DNA of 64,000 bases from Felis catus (taxonomy: Eukaryota): assembly GCF_018350175.1 (NCBI RefSeq), contig NC_058368.1:46688001-46752000 (forward strand). Direction: 5' to 3'. The notes beneath the pieces are model-generated. The model ran no database searches and was not told where the DNA came from. It was given only the letters and a program-made list of their open reading frames with translations. This document shows, in pieces, positions 13,211 to 26,440 of this stretch. A program made the translations under genes and the position numbers. The first letter of the stretch is position 1, and the number at the start of each line of letters is the position of its first letter.

Positions 13211-13369
13211 ATCCAGTACCTCTCTTTTTATAGAATTGCCATGTTTCAGCAGCTTCTCATTATTTCAAAACTCCCTTCTTGGTAAAAGGAAGCCAGTGTT
13301 ACTATTATTACAGTTTTATTTTGCTGTAAGAATGTTATATATGTTAGACAATATGCATTTTTATAATTT

Positions 13370-13570
13370 AGTGGATACTGAGTAAGAACTTTGCAAATAT
13401 TAACTAATTTAGGCCTTACAGCACTTTGAGATAAGAATCATTATTATCCCAATTCTACAAAAGAGAAAACATGGGCAAAAAGAAGTTGAGCAACTTGCTC
13501 AAAGTCACTAACACATATCTAACAAATAGCCGACAAAGGACACAAATGCAGGCAGTCTAGTCTAGTGTGA
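13370..13570. mobile_element. MIR fragment
   Basis: MIR core-like 'ttattatcccaattctacaaaagagaaaac...aacttgctcaaagtcac'. Confidence 0.65.
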
Positions 13571-15048
13571 CCCCCAAACACTACTCTGATGCTGCTCAGA
13601 AGAGTGTTTCCTTCTTTTTTTTTTTCTTTCAGTTTTATTGAGTGTTTACTTCTTAAGGGCATGGATCATGGGCTTTTTATTTTTAAACTAAAAGCATAAA
13701 ATTTTAACAATTAGCTGTCATTAAAAGAGCAATTACTGAGTCTGACTTGACAGCTTATTGGAGCTTAAATTTGAAATTATATAATTTAGATTTTTGAAAA
13801 CTTTTATTATACTGCATACAACTTTGCATGAATGTTATGCTTTATATCTAAGATGCAATGTATTTCAATCAAGAAAGAGAACATGCCACCATATTGTTTT
13901 ATTTTTGGAGGCAGGGTACCAGTTGTGTTACATTTGAAATAATTCATAATAATAATACATCCGTACTTATAGGTTTCATTTCTTAACTTGCCATTATCGG
14001 GGGACATGATGTTTTTAGATATTTACAGATAAAAGCAGTCACCAGCCCAGGCAACTGAAGCTTATATCTCCAATATAAATGAATGAATTAATGTCAATGC
14101 CATTAATAAAACAAGTCTGTTCAGCTGAAAGAAACAAATCTGAGTGGAACAAGTAATATTGACATGCTTATTTCATAATATATGTGCACATTTCTGCTAG
14201 AAATTGGGGTAGTGCAAGCTTATACTTAAGACAACTACATGTGCTGTGAAGTGAATTGCAGAATTTCCATTTTAGCAATCTACATAACAATAATTACTAC
14301 ACATTCCTATAAAGATTTAAAATACATGTTATACAACTCTTGAAAATAATTGATTCTCAAGGAATAATCTGTAAGGATATGTAACAGTCATTCACCTACT
14401 TGATTATGTAAAAAAATCCATTTCACATTATATGACCTTATTTTGCAAGCCAATAGCTAAAGAAAATATGTTATGAATTTCCAATACAATATAAATAGAA
14501 TGTCATAATCTATAGAGTAAGAACTGTTCTTGAATGTTAAGAAGGTGTCCATATTTTCTCTCAATATAAACACAGAAGAATATTATTTGGCCTAGATCAG
14601 TTCCTTTTATATAAATTAGACTGGAAAATTGCATCAGCTTTATTTAGAAATATCCACAAGAGAGATACTCTGATTATTGAGGTCATTGCTGTGACCACAG
14701 TAGTGACTTAAAAATCAGTCTCACAGTTAGGAGGTTTATTATGGAAAGTAATTAAACTTAGCCAAATTTAGGAGAAATTATAGATAAAGGCTAAAAATTT
14801 TTGTGTTTCTGAAATCAGTACCTAAAAGATAAAAAGCAAAGTACATTTTCATTACAAAGGTCTTTCATCAGTATAAATATTAAAGTGGCATTACTTTTCC
14901 CATGAAATAGGAGGATTGTTTTTTTTCAGCATTTAGACAAAGCTTATGTTTAGCCCACCTCTGCTTGGACAGAATAGAACATAGTTAATTTAAATACAAG
15001 TTGCACTGGTTATACACACACATGCACACACACACATACACACCCCTT

Positions 15049-15069
15049 CATATACATATACATATACAC

Positions 15070-15131
<62 letters not shown>
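15049..15131. repeat. (CATATA)n hexanucleotide microsatellite
   Basis: About 13 tandem units; source of the HIHIHI and ICICIC ORFs. Confidence 0.97.
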
Positions 15132-15453
15132 GATGAAATTCCCCAAGCTCACCCTTCTATTTTCAATTTTAATTAGGATGCTAAGAGTATATTTAGAACA
15201 ATTGTTCCCAGGTACTTGAATTTCAGTAAAGTAATATCCCACCTCCAAAATATATATATGTTTATGAAATTTATAATATATGTAATCTGTGGACTGGCAT
15301 AGAGCTGCCATCTTCTAATTTTGCTAACCAAACCATTCAAAACGAAACTCAAAAATCAAATGTTCTATTATACTATCACTACCATTTCATTGCTGATCAT
15401 GGGACATGAAACATTAGTAAGAAGCACATAATCTAAGAATATTGGATAGTTCT

Positions 15454-15528
15454 CAAAAATAAATAAACAAAAAAAAAAGTTCATGCTCTGTCTCTGTCTG
15501 TCTCAAAAATAAATAAACATTAAAAAAA
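15454..15528 (+). mobile_element. 5'-truncated SINEC insertion made of two 3' ends, 19-bp TSD
   Basis: AAGAATATTGGATAGTTCT at 15435-15453 and 15529-15547 flanks two copies of CAAAAATAAATAAAC plus an A tract. Confidence 0.85.
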
Positions 15529-17488
15529 AAGAATATTGGATAGTTCTTATAAAAAGAGAAACACTGATGACTTTATTCCATTTTCTACCCAAAACCACAA
15601 AGACTTTTGTGTCCTTCTCTGGTTTCATGAATTGAAAAATAGTATTTAATTCCCTACTTTAAGCGAAATACTTTTATTAATTCTCCTTTTCCTTCTCTTT
15701 CTCCTCCTACTCCTTCTTCTCCCTCCTTTATTCATTTATTAATTCATTCAATTTACAAGTAGAACATCTCTTATGTGTCAGGTTGTTTTGTAGGCACCAG
15801 GGATTTACAGCGAATGAGAAATTCCTGTCCTCATAGACCTTACCTTGATGAGATTAGAAAAGCATGTTGATTCTACCACCATTACATATATTCCCAATAT
15901 GGCTCCTATTCTATTTCTGCTGTCACTATCATCATGTCCTGCACGGTTCCTAACTTGTCTTCAGGATTCTATTATACAGCCACACCTTGGTCCAAGTCTA
16001 TCATTCTCAGTGTAGTCAGAGAGGTCTGCTCAGACTTGAATCAGTCTCTCCCATTCTTAACTACCACCCCCTCCCCAATCCATGAATCCTCATAACATGT
16101 AGCCTTTCCACCTTATTGCAGCACCAAAGGCAGTCTGGCCCCTCCTACTCTTCTAACATTTATTCTCTAATTCAACCACGCTGACTCCCTTTCTGCTTTT
16201 CTTACATTTCACACTGACTCCTATTTTAGGGCTTTACATTAGCTCTGCTCTTGCCTTTCTCCCAGCTCTGTAAGAAACAAAATATTCCTACTAAAGTGTT
16301 GTAGAGAAATGATGATCTTACATAAAAAGAGGTGGTCTGGGACTGCCTATTCCAATGTCTCATTAGGGGTACTCTTTGGAACTTACATTCTAGTGGAGAA
16401 GGAAAGATAATGAGTAAAATACACAGTGTACAAAATGGTAATAGTCTTATGGGGACAAATGAATCAAGACTGGGGGATAGAATAGAGGTGTGTGTTCAGC
16501 TTTAAAACGGTGACACAGGAATTGCTCAATAAATATTAGAGTTGTCATTACTCTGTTTTCCTATTATTGTTGCTGAATAGAAAAATGGAAAGATGTCACA
16601 GATTTGTATTTCTCCTAAGTAGTAATGTCACTTTCCTAAGTATTGTAATAGATAGTTGTAATGAAGTTGGGGATGAAAAGATACATAATATATTGGGGGT
16701 TAGATCTCCCATGCATTCCTCCACCATTTTATGTCAACAATGCCAAGAAGTTGCCTGAGGTCATGAGCATTTCATTTCACTTTGAGAGAGCCACTCTTCT
16801 TATTCTTCTACTTTATTTCCTGCTTACTTATCATTGCCATCGTTGAGTAGTACTCAAAAGTAAAGAAAATGTTTAAAATGTGAGGCAAAAAACAAACAAA
16901 ACCAAATTTGAGTTAGCCCTAAAGGAATTTACTTTTTGATGCACAAGAATTCATTATCAAAAAGTGCATCTCATTGTGAACCAGTTTACAAAATATAGAA
17001 TAAATATTAAAATGAGATAATTTTATGGAGGAATCGTACAGGGAATTTCTTTTTAGATATTTTCTCTCCTAACATGACACAGAGTTTTCATATAAAAATC
17101 ATGTTTGCCCATAAGTTCTCAAGAATATAATCAGTTGCGTAAACTATAATCTTAGGTAAACTTTTAAAGATTATTTCATAGAATTGCTGTTGAATCCCTT
17201 TGTGTCTACAAACAAGAAGTCAGTGCACATATCATTTCATTTGTATTTGATATTACACAAGATGTATCAAGGGTGAATGTTTTTCACATTTCTGAAGTAG
17301 CACAGCCAGTTTTGAGAGTTATTAAAGATTTGAATTTTCCAAAAATTTTCTCCTAGCCTCCCCATATCCTGATTAATCATTTATTAACAATAACACTGTT
17401 GTGCTATGCATTTTCAGTGTTGTATATTTGCATGTAAGTTTATTTCTAAGCCTTGGACTATTCAATGGCAATGAAATGTGCTTTTGTG

Positions 17489-17712
17489 GTTTTTTTTTAT
17501 TTTTTTTTTCAACGTTTATTTATTTTTGGGACAGAGAGAGACAGAGCATGAACGGGGGAGGGGCAGAGAGAGAGGGAGACACAGAGTCGGAAACAGGCTC
17601 CAGGCTCTGAGCCATCAGCCCAGAGCCTGACGCGGGGCTCGAACTCACAGGCCGCGAGATCGTGACCTGGCTGAAGTGGGACGCTTAACTGACTGCGCCA
17701 CCCAGGCGCCCC
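17489..17712 (-). mobile_element. Young feline SINEC_Fc
   Basis: Near-consensus; TSD TGTGCTTTTGTG at 17477-17488 and 17713-17724. Confidence 0.97.
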
Positions 17713-17775
17713 TGTGCTTTTGTGTTTTTAAAGAACTTGTCTGGAAATAGTTTTTAAAATCTACTATGATGTGCT

Positions 17776-17920
17776 TATTTATGTATGTATGTATGTATGT
17801 ATTTATTTATTTATTTATTTTTACAACTTTATTTTTATGTAATCTCCACACCTATGCTCAAACTTACAGCTTCGAGATCAAGAGTCATATGCTCCACTGA
17901 CTGAGCCAGCCAGGCACCCC
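17776..17920 (-). mobile_element. Short old carnivore SINE with (TATG)n/(TATT)n tail
   Basis: 'gagatcaagagtc..tgctccactgactgagccagccaggcacccc'. Confidence 0.85.
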
Positions 17921-18227
17921 TGTGATACGATCATTTAAAAGTATAAATAAAAATATGAGATTTCTCTTGTTCTTGAACCTCCTTTTCCTTTCCTACTCTT
18001 ACTACTTTATGTTAATGCAAATTTAAAAACAGGTGGCTCTGTTAAAAATATCACTGAAGAAGGATTTAAAGCAATTGGAATCAATGAGAATAATAATAAT
18101 AAAAAATACCCATTCACTTAGTCTTGGACACAGGTCCTAATTCGTACACCACTTGCTATTTTCCTTCAGATAATGTATTTTCTTCCTGTCCTTTTCTATA
18201 AAGATTTGCATTCAAAGAAACCTTTAG

Positions 18228-18347
18228 TTATTTGAGTAGATGCGTTTTTAATTTCTTTTGTTCTCTCAGATTGCTGCTGCTTTCACTACTGGTTTCCCAA
18301 CTTCTCTTTTTGATGCCACATTTTAAAGTTCCAGTTGGCTTGCTTAC
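18228..18347 (-). CDS. Candidate alternative terminal exon (VSKPTGTLKCGIKKRSWETSSESSSNLREQKKLKTHLLK*)
   Basis: Acceptor ccctcttccttattattgcag|G; open in phase 0 for 39 codons with a basic, NLS-like composition. The exon starts GTAAGC, so it is also a donor-like site. No clear polyA signal nearby. Confidence 0.35.
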   Translation of the reverse strand, partial: VSKPTGTLKCGIKKRSWETSSESSSNLREQKKLKTHLLK

Positions 18348-19321
18348 CTGCAATAATAAGGAAGAGGGATGTTTTAGATTATGGTTTGCATTGTGAGGAT
18401 ATCCCTGGATCATTGCACACTGGATTTAATATGAAAACTGTATTTGGAGTCATTTGATTTGCAGAAATAACAAGCCTAAATGCTTCACTTTCTAATGGTA
18501 ATTAGTTTTCAACCCAGACAGTCTGGATAGCTATATATTTACTACCTTGTAAAGGACTATCATAACAAGCCCTTAAGCATTATTTGAAAATTAATAAACT
18601 AAAGTAGGAGGAAACCCTTTACTTTCCCATAGCAACATGAACTGAGTTATATTATTTTATTGCAAAATTTCACTTTTCAATTATAGGTTTACTAAATTAA
18701 GAGGCTTGAAAAGCATAAAAACAATTAGTTTCTTAACACTGCAGATGACTAATGCAATGAGTCCATTTTACTGTATGGAAACAGGTTTTTGGTGTTTTTT
18801 TTTAAAGAAAATTTTTTCCTTGAATCGCCTGAGAATAAACCTTGATTCACAAACAAATCTTGTTTCTATTACATTAATAGAATATATTACATAAGTGGAG
18901 TTTTCTAAATTAGGTAAAAATAGATCTTACACAACAATCTTACTCTTTACTTATTTTCACATTTATGTTTTTATTGTTTTAATTGAAATTTGCAAGTAGA
19001 GAAATTTAGTTGTTAAAAATCTGCAAATATACAAGAGATTCTGTAGTCTGGAATTGAGCTAAATAACAATTGCCATTAGTGATTATGTTAGATTTAAGAG
19101 ATAAGATTGTGTATAAATTGGGTTAATTATGTAGAAGAGAATGTGAAGAACAAAAAAACTACTTAACCTAATTCTCACCATCAGAGTGAAGGTAGAGAGG
19201 CAGTGTTAATCAGCTCTGGCAGAGAGGAGTCATGTAATCCCTTTACTACCAGACCCCGTGCTGTGGCTCTGGGTCATCTGGAATGTAAATTCTTCTGGGT
19301 CTGATGTCTGACTGTGTGAAT

Positions 19322-19322
<1 letters not shown>

Positions 19323-19410
<88 letters not shown>
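19323..19410. repeat. Compound (GT)n(GA)n microsatellite
   Basis: Pure GT run directly followed by a GA run. Confidence 0.98.
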
Positions 19411-19413
<3 letters not shown>

Positions 19414-19549
19414 TGAAGAAAGCAAGGATTAAATTCTACAGAGACAAGTTGGAAAGCATAAAGAGCAGAATAAGTAATTTTTTTCTTCCACTCTTGACCT
19501 CCCACTCGAACTTTAAATGTACACATTTATTCTGTTGGTTTTTATGGCA

Positions 19550-19730
19550 TAATGGTGAGAAGCAAATGCTTTGCCACAAACAGCCAGGATTCGGATTCTG
19601 CCTTCAACGCTTCCCAGGTGTGTGATAATGATCAGGTCCCTTAACCTGTGTGTGACTCAGTCTCCTCATCGTCCAAATGAAAATGATCACTTAAGGATTA
19701 CATGAGTTATTAAGCATGAGTTTCTTACAA
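19550..19730. mobile_element. MIR fragment
   Basis: 'cttaacctgtgtgtgactcagtctcctcatcgtccaaatg' is MIR core-like. Confidence 0.65.
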
Positions 19731-19840
19731 CAACAAAGCCTCATGCACACAAATCAGGATAGCAGGATCTATGGAAATGACATTGATTCTAAAGATGAAA
19801 TTCTCATTCTGCCAGATTTTGTTTGCACCCTTTAAAGGAC

Positions 19841-19968
19841 TTTTTTTTAAGTAGGCTTCACACCCAGTGCTGAGCCCAATGTGGGGCTTGAACTCATGAC
19901 CCTGAGATTAAGACCTGAGTTGAGATCAAGAGTTGGATGCTGAATTGACTGAGCTGCCCAGTGATCCC
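19841..19968 (-). mobile_element. Short-type SINEC
   Basis: 'aagtaggcttcacacccag...gagatcaagagttggatgc'; CTTTAAAGGA on both flanks. Confidence 0.88.
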
Positions 19969-20057
19969 TCTTTAAAGGATTTTTTAAATACTTAATTTCC
20001 TAAGTCCATAAGTCATTTAGCTCTAATGAAGTGGAGAGGACATAAATTGAAAAAACA

Positions 20058-20276
20058 GGACACCTGAGTGTCTCAGTCGGTTAAGGGCCCAACTCTTGAT
20101 TTCAGCTCAGGTAATGATCTCATGGTTTGGGAGTTCGAGCCCCTCATTGGGCTCTGCACTGACAGCACAGAGCCTGCTTGGGATTCTCTCTCTCTTCCTC
20201 TCTCTCTGATTCTCTCTCTCTCTCTCTCTCAATAAATAAATAACCAGTTAAAAAAATAAAAATAAATTTAAAAAAA
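20058..20276 (+). mobile_element. SINEC
   Basis: Head, B-box-like GTTCGAGCCC, (CT)n linker and A tail. Confidence 0.92.
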
Positions 20277-20551
20277 CTAGTCGATGATAAAAGAAGAGAT
20301 GGAAAATATAAATTCTTGAATAGAAGGTCTCTAAGCCATTACATTTAATAGTTTACATTTTCATAGTGCTGTTCCTGGGTTCAAGAATTCCATGTGCTCC
20401 TGTATAATTCTAGTTATCCTCCACACCATCAATATCATAGATTTCTGTTAAATGAATGAGCAAATGAATGAATGAATATGCCCATGACAATCACACTTGG
20501 AAGAGTGGTAAAAACAAACGAACAAACAACAACAAAAAATTCCCTGTTGGC

Positions 20552-21535
20552 CATATGTTTTTTCAAATTAATGTTTTCATTTTCTTTGGGAAAATACTAA
20601 GAAGTGGATTTACTGGATTGTTTGGGTTGTTTGAGAAACCTCTATTCTGTTTCCCCCAGTGGCTGCACCAAGTTACGTTCTCACTAATAGTGCATGAGGT
20701 TCCCTTTTCTCCACATCCTCACCAACACTTGTTATGTCTTACCTTTTTGATACTAGCCATTCTGACTTAGGTGAGGTGATATCTCATCACTGTTTTGAGT
20801 TGCATTTCCCGGCTGATTAGTGATGTTGAGCATTTTTTCATATGCCAGTTGTCTATCTGTGGCCATCATTTTTAGGAAATGTCTGTTTACTTCCTGCCCA
20901 TTTTTTAAACCAGATTATTTGGTGTTTTGGTGTTGAGTTGTATGAGTTCCCCCATGTTATTGCAGCATAATTTACAATCGTCAGAGTATGGAAGCAACCT
21001 AAGTGTCCATTGATAGATGAGTGGATAAAGATGTGGTATATATAGGTTATGGAATATTACTCAGCCATTAAAAAGAATAAAATTTTGTCATTTGCAATAG
21101 CCTGAATGTACCTACAGGGTATTGTGCTAAGTGGAATAGGCCAGAAAAAGAAAGACAATCACCATATGATTTCACTTATATGTCGAATCTAAAAAACAAA
21201 GCAAATGAATGAACAGACAGGAAAATGACCAAAACAGAAACAGACTCACAAGTACAGGGAACAAACTGGTGGTTAACAGAGAGGGGGAAGGAGGGATGGG
21301 TAAAATAGGTGAAGGGGATTAAGAGGTACAATCTTCCAGTTATAAAATAAATTAATCATGGGGATGAAAAGTACCACATAGGAAATACAGTCAATAATAT
21401 TGTAATAATGTATGGTTACAAACTGTAACTACACTTATCATTATGGGCATTGCATAATGCATAAAATTGTTGAATCCCTTTGGGTGTACCTGAAACTAAT
21501 ATAGCATTGTATGTCAACTATACTTCAATAAAAAG
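20552..21535 (+). mobile_element. 5'-inverted, truncated L1 (L1MA/carnivore type)
   Basis: 20552-20949 is antisense L1 ORF2 3' sequence; 20950-21535 is sense L1 3' end (ggaagcaacctaagtgtcca...aataaaaa). Confidence 0.88.
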
Positions 21536-21989
21536 TAAACAAACTGATAGGAGACTAAACTTCACCCCCAAGTGTATTTTGTTTGGCCTTCCTAGTCTGT
21601 TAAAGATAAAATTAGAAACATTTAAAATTTAGGGGACTTCATGTAAAAAAAAATCTAGATTTTTAAGGCTTCTCCAAAAATTAACATCTCTGTTAAGAGT
21701 AGGGTTTTGTTCCTGCTTGACTACAAATTCCTGGGGCCAGGCAGTGGCTGTTTCCTAAAATGGGCAGAATGTGGAACATGTGACTGTGACTGCTTAACTC
21801 ACTTATATCACCTGCCAGGTCCCTTTTAGACTCCATTTGTAAATCTCTGATCTAGAATGGCAGACCTTTTTGCCACACTTTGGTTCCCTTACGAGGTTTT
21901 TCTCATAGCTTAAAACAAGTGGATGGACTCCTCAAACCATCCAGGGTTTTGTCTTTCTTTAGTGAAAGGATGAAGCCCCTGAGTTAGTA

Positions 21990-22192
21990 ATAGGGTTTTT
22001 CATCCCAGGCACTGCTGGCATTTTGGGTCTGAAGACGTTTGTTGTGGGAGTTGTCCTGTGCACTGTAGGATGTAAAGCAGCATCACTGGCCTCTACCTAT
22101 TGGATACTCTCCCACACAGTTTGATGAGTAAAATTGTCTCCACGCATTGCTAAATGCAACCCAGGGATAGGGAATTGGGAGGAGAACCAATG
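21990..22192. mobile_element. MER20 (hAT-Charlie) DNA transposon
   Basis: 'tgtcctgtgcactgtaggatgt..agcagcatc.ctggcctctacc' and terminal 'gagaacca' match the recalled MER20 consensus. Confidence 0.82.
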
Positions 22193-23459
22193 AGTTAGAT
22201 ATCAAATAGAGGAGGACAGACACGTAAGCTCAAAGGTGGTGCCAGATTGATATCAGAGAGATATTGGTTAACCTGCAGGTCAGGGATTGGCCTCAACGCT
22301 GGCACTATACCCAGGTTCCAGATTTAGGTGCTGGAGACAGACCACTGACTTAACTATTTTTCTTCAAACTTAAGCTATTCAAGCTGATCAGGATGATAAT
22401 GCTGTGGTTTTCTACAGCCCTTGATTTTTGATGGAGTCTAGAAGGACAAGGGAGTATGGTTAACAAAGTGATGTGATAAAATGCAATATTCTGCACGTAG
22501 TAAAATCTGGATAACATTCATATGCTGGCACTTCATCCTCTTTCCTACTCACATGTGCTCCTGATGAATTATTTTTAAAGTATGACTAAATTATTCATTA
22601 CACAGGATAACCATTATTTATGCAACTGAGGTTTACCACTAACATTCCAATATGGATTTTTTTTTTACTTTGGGACTTCAATAAAGCTTCTAAGAATAGA
22701 AATATATGCCTAGAATTAAGTAATTCACATGGGACACACCGTAATGGCAGAGGAGTAGTACAAAGTGATTAAACCTTTAAATCTTAAGGGAATCTTTAAT
22801 AACAGTAAATCTGATAAAACATTATTTATAATATTTACATATATAGTTGAATCTTATGTACATGTCTCAGTTAAAACATCTCAAAACATTGAAGCAGATT
22901 AAGCTGCCAGACCACAACAAATTTCTCCCACAGGTATCTGCCTCATGTATTTCATGTAACTAAAAATTAGGTAATACTAGGTAACAACAAAAGTACAAAA
23001 GCATAAAATTATTTATCATTTAAAATTTATTTTCATGGAATCAGAATAATAAATACCATATAATACACCTAATCTGTCTTTCTTTTTCTTATGCCTCCTC
23101 TCCATCCCTTCTTTTTGCCAATGAAGGTATATTCCCTATTGCTTGTCCTCTGATGCCTTGTCCAATGTCAATTTAAATGAACTGGGTGATGACTTCAAGT
23201 ATAGTACAATTCTTCCTTTGGGAAGCTACTCCTTTGACTAATATTAAGTGAGTTACTATTGGTATGTTAATTAGGTACTTCACTTCGCATAGGCTATTTA
23301 TGTACAATGTACCCTTCAGCCATGAATTGACATGTGAGAAACATCCCAAGATGAATTCAGGAGTTTTTCCACATACAGGGTTCTGTTGATGATATTAAAA
23401 TGTATGTTTTTCTTTTCCAACTATATTTTTGTTTTAACATTGAAAATTGACCATAACTC

Positions 23460-23668
23460 GGGGCACTTGGGTGGCTCAGTTGGTTGAGCATCTGACTTTG
23501 GTTCAGGTCATGATCTCACGGTTTGTGAATTCAACCTCCATGTCGGGCTCTGTGCTGACAGCTCAGAGCCTGGAGTCTCCTTCAGATTCTGTGTCTTCCT
23601 CTCTCTCTGCCCCTCCCCTGCTCACATTTTGTCTCTCTCTCTCAAAAATAAGTAAACATAAAAAAAAG
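23460..23668 (+). mobile_element. SINEC
   Basis: Full head, linker and tail; TTGACCATAACT duplicated on both flanks. Confidence 0.95.
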
Positions 23669-23827
23669 AAAGTTGACCATAACTTTTACTATTTTAATAT
23701 ATAGTTTTAAAAGTAAAAACAACCAAAAAACACTAACTTCCTTCTGAATATATGTTTTAACAGTGGGACCAGTTTTCTCTTTGGATGGCTAATGACACAC
23801 AGATGAAGAGAAGCATTCTCATAGATT

Positions 23828-24055
23828 TATTTTTTTAATGTTTATTTATTTATTTAATTTAAACATGTATTTATTTTTGAGAGACAGAGCACAAACAAGG
23901 GAGGGGCAGAGAGAGAAGAAGACACAGAATCCAAAGCAGGCTTCAGGCTCTGAGCTGTCAGCACAGAGCCCATCATGGGGCTCGAACCCACAAACCATGA
24001 GGTCATAACCTGAGCCGAAGTCAGATGCTTAACCAACTGAGACACCCAGGCGCCC
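23828..24055 (-). mobile_element. SINEC
   Basis: Reverse-complement full element; ATAGATTTA on both flanks. Confidence 0.93.
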
Positions 24056-26211
24056 TACATTATTATAGATTTAAAAGAGTTAGAAAATGGAGTAGTCAAC
24101 ATAGAAGCCATAGAAGAAACAAAAAAAGCTTGGTAAGAAATTATGCAGTCTGCTCTCCCAAGTAATTGTTGCTTCTACTCAAGCATATCAATGTGTAGAC
24201 TTCAGGTCTAGGGCAGCTCTTCACTTTGAGGGCCAGCAAAAAAGATATTTAATAGTGAGAGCTGAAGTCAGTTCTGATCAATAACTTCAACACACCCTCA
24301 GACCTTCACATCATTCAAGTCAACTCTTGCAGTAGTTTCCATACAAATAGAGATCTTTCTCATCTCACTTCAGGAACAAACTTTCTTTTAGACTTTCACT
24401 TAGAAAGTCTTATCCTACTGGAACCAGCTCCAAATCTTGGTGAGCACTGCTATGACAAAAAATGATGGAGCCACCCATACTCAAGAGCTTTTGCCTACAA
24501 ATATGAAATGATTCAGTGTATATGATGCATGGTCATGAATGCTTTCGTATTTAATTATAAACATCATATTTATTGATACAATATCTTTCTGATATAATAT
24601 GGCTTCATAAAAACAAAACAAAGCACTGAAAAGAGAATTCATTGCATACGACTGGTAAAAATCACTGTTGGAAAAAACCAACCAAGGTATATCTTTCCAA
24701 ATCTCATTTCAATATCAAATTTTCTACTATATGCACTACCATTACATCTCTAAAATTGTTGAGCCAATCTCTGCACTAAACTAGAGAAGAGCTGGAGCTG
24801 AGTCGTGTGATAAAAGCAGCATCTGCTTAAAGCCTTCAATAGTAAGGGGAAAGTATGAAGGATGCTATGTCTGAGAACAGAGACCAACCAGAAACCAAGC
24901 TCCCAAAAGATGCAAAGACATGGACCGTCAGACCACACATTGACTAGCAGTGGTCTCAATCTGGACCAGACAGAGAAAACTATAAAGAAGAATGAGTAAT
25001 CCCCTGCCCACTGGAGCTTAGAACATGATGGTTATTTTTAAATTGGTTTCAGTAACTAATTTCGGATTAAATAAGTGAAGACGAACCCTGAACAATCAGC
25101 ATCACATCTCAGCTCCAAAAACTTCAAACTTGCCTTTGACTCAGATGAATTTAAGTAGACTTTAGATATTCGAGAAAAAGTGCAATACACATGCAATTCC
25201 TGAAAGAAAAGGCCAGAGATCTGTCAGTCCACTTTATTTTGAACCAAGTCTGGGAAGGAAAATGGTATGTGAGCAAATGAACTCACAAATAATTACACTG
25301 GACATTTTAATGCTGCCACCAGGCCCTTTTTAAGGCTTTATAAACTGATCTTAATTTTGTTATACTGACCCCCAAAGGCACTTCCTATTGTAAAATAGTC
25401 TATTAAGAATTGGTCTATATTTTGAAAAGCAATAATATTAAGTTCATTATGGCTTTTTGCAGTCCAGGCACTAATTCAGCTTGTGTAATCCTCTTAAGGT
25501 TTTAATGGGTAAAAGTTATTTTAAGAATTTTTGCAAGCAAACTATATAGGTATGCTTAGAAAGGTACTTCTCTTTCAGACCCTTTAAAATATATAAGATA
25601 TTTATGCTAAATTGATTCATGTTAAAAAGGTAACACATCCAGGCAGAAAGCCTTAATAACACAGACTTCTGTATAAGGTAATGTTACTGCTCAGTCTCTG
25701 CTGAAGAATCTTGACTTTAAAAGCCAAGATAGTTCTGTTATAATATGTAACAATACATTGTTAATATGAATTATATTATCATTATCCCTAAATCAAGTTA
25801 TTTTCAGTGTGGAAAAAGAAGTAAAAACAGATAAACAACAGAAAAAGGTTAAAATCTCATTATTTTCATAATGAAATCCCACTAAATGCTTGTTTTTGAA
25901 CACACTTCTCTTTAAATATCACAATATATCCTGTCAACAAATATAATAAAAAACGTTTTAAAAGCCGACTTCTATTCCGTAGTATGGAGAAGTCATAATT
26001 GATTTAACCTATCTGCTATTGTTAAGTATGTCTATAGCTTCCTTTTTTGCTTTCTTTTGTTATCAACAAACAATGTTTTAAGGAACATTCTTTCATAGAG
26101 AGGCAAATTAGGATGGTAGGCGTTTCGAAATGTCGGTACTAGGTGACAGATAGCAAGGCACAAGCTCCAGGAAGCCCACTCTCCAGTTCTGTGTCCTCGA
26201 TTACATGAATG

Positions 26212-26440
26212 TTTTTAATTTTTTTTATAATTTTTTTTAACATTTATTTATTGAGAGACAGAGAGACACAGAGTTTGAGCAGGGGAGGGGCAGAGACAGG
26301 GGGAGACACAGAATCAGAAGCAGGCCCCAGGCTCTGAGCTGACCACACAGAGCCTGATGCAGGGCTCGAACTCATGAGCTGTGAGATCATGACCTGAGCC
26401 AAAGTCGGAGGCTTAACTGACTGAGCCACCCAGGCACCCC
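26212..26440 (-). mobile_element. SINEC inserted in a MIR-like remnant
   Basis: Full reverse-complement element; MIR-like 'ttttctcatttgtaaatg' follows. Confidence 0.93.
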
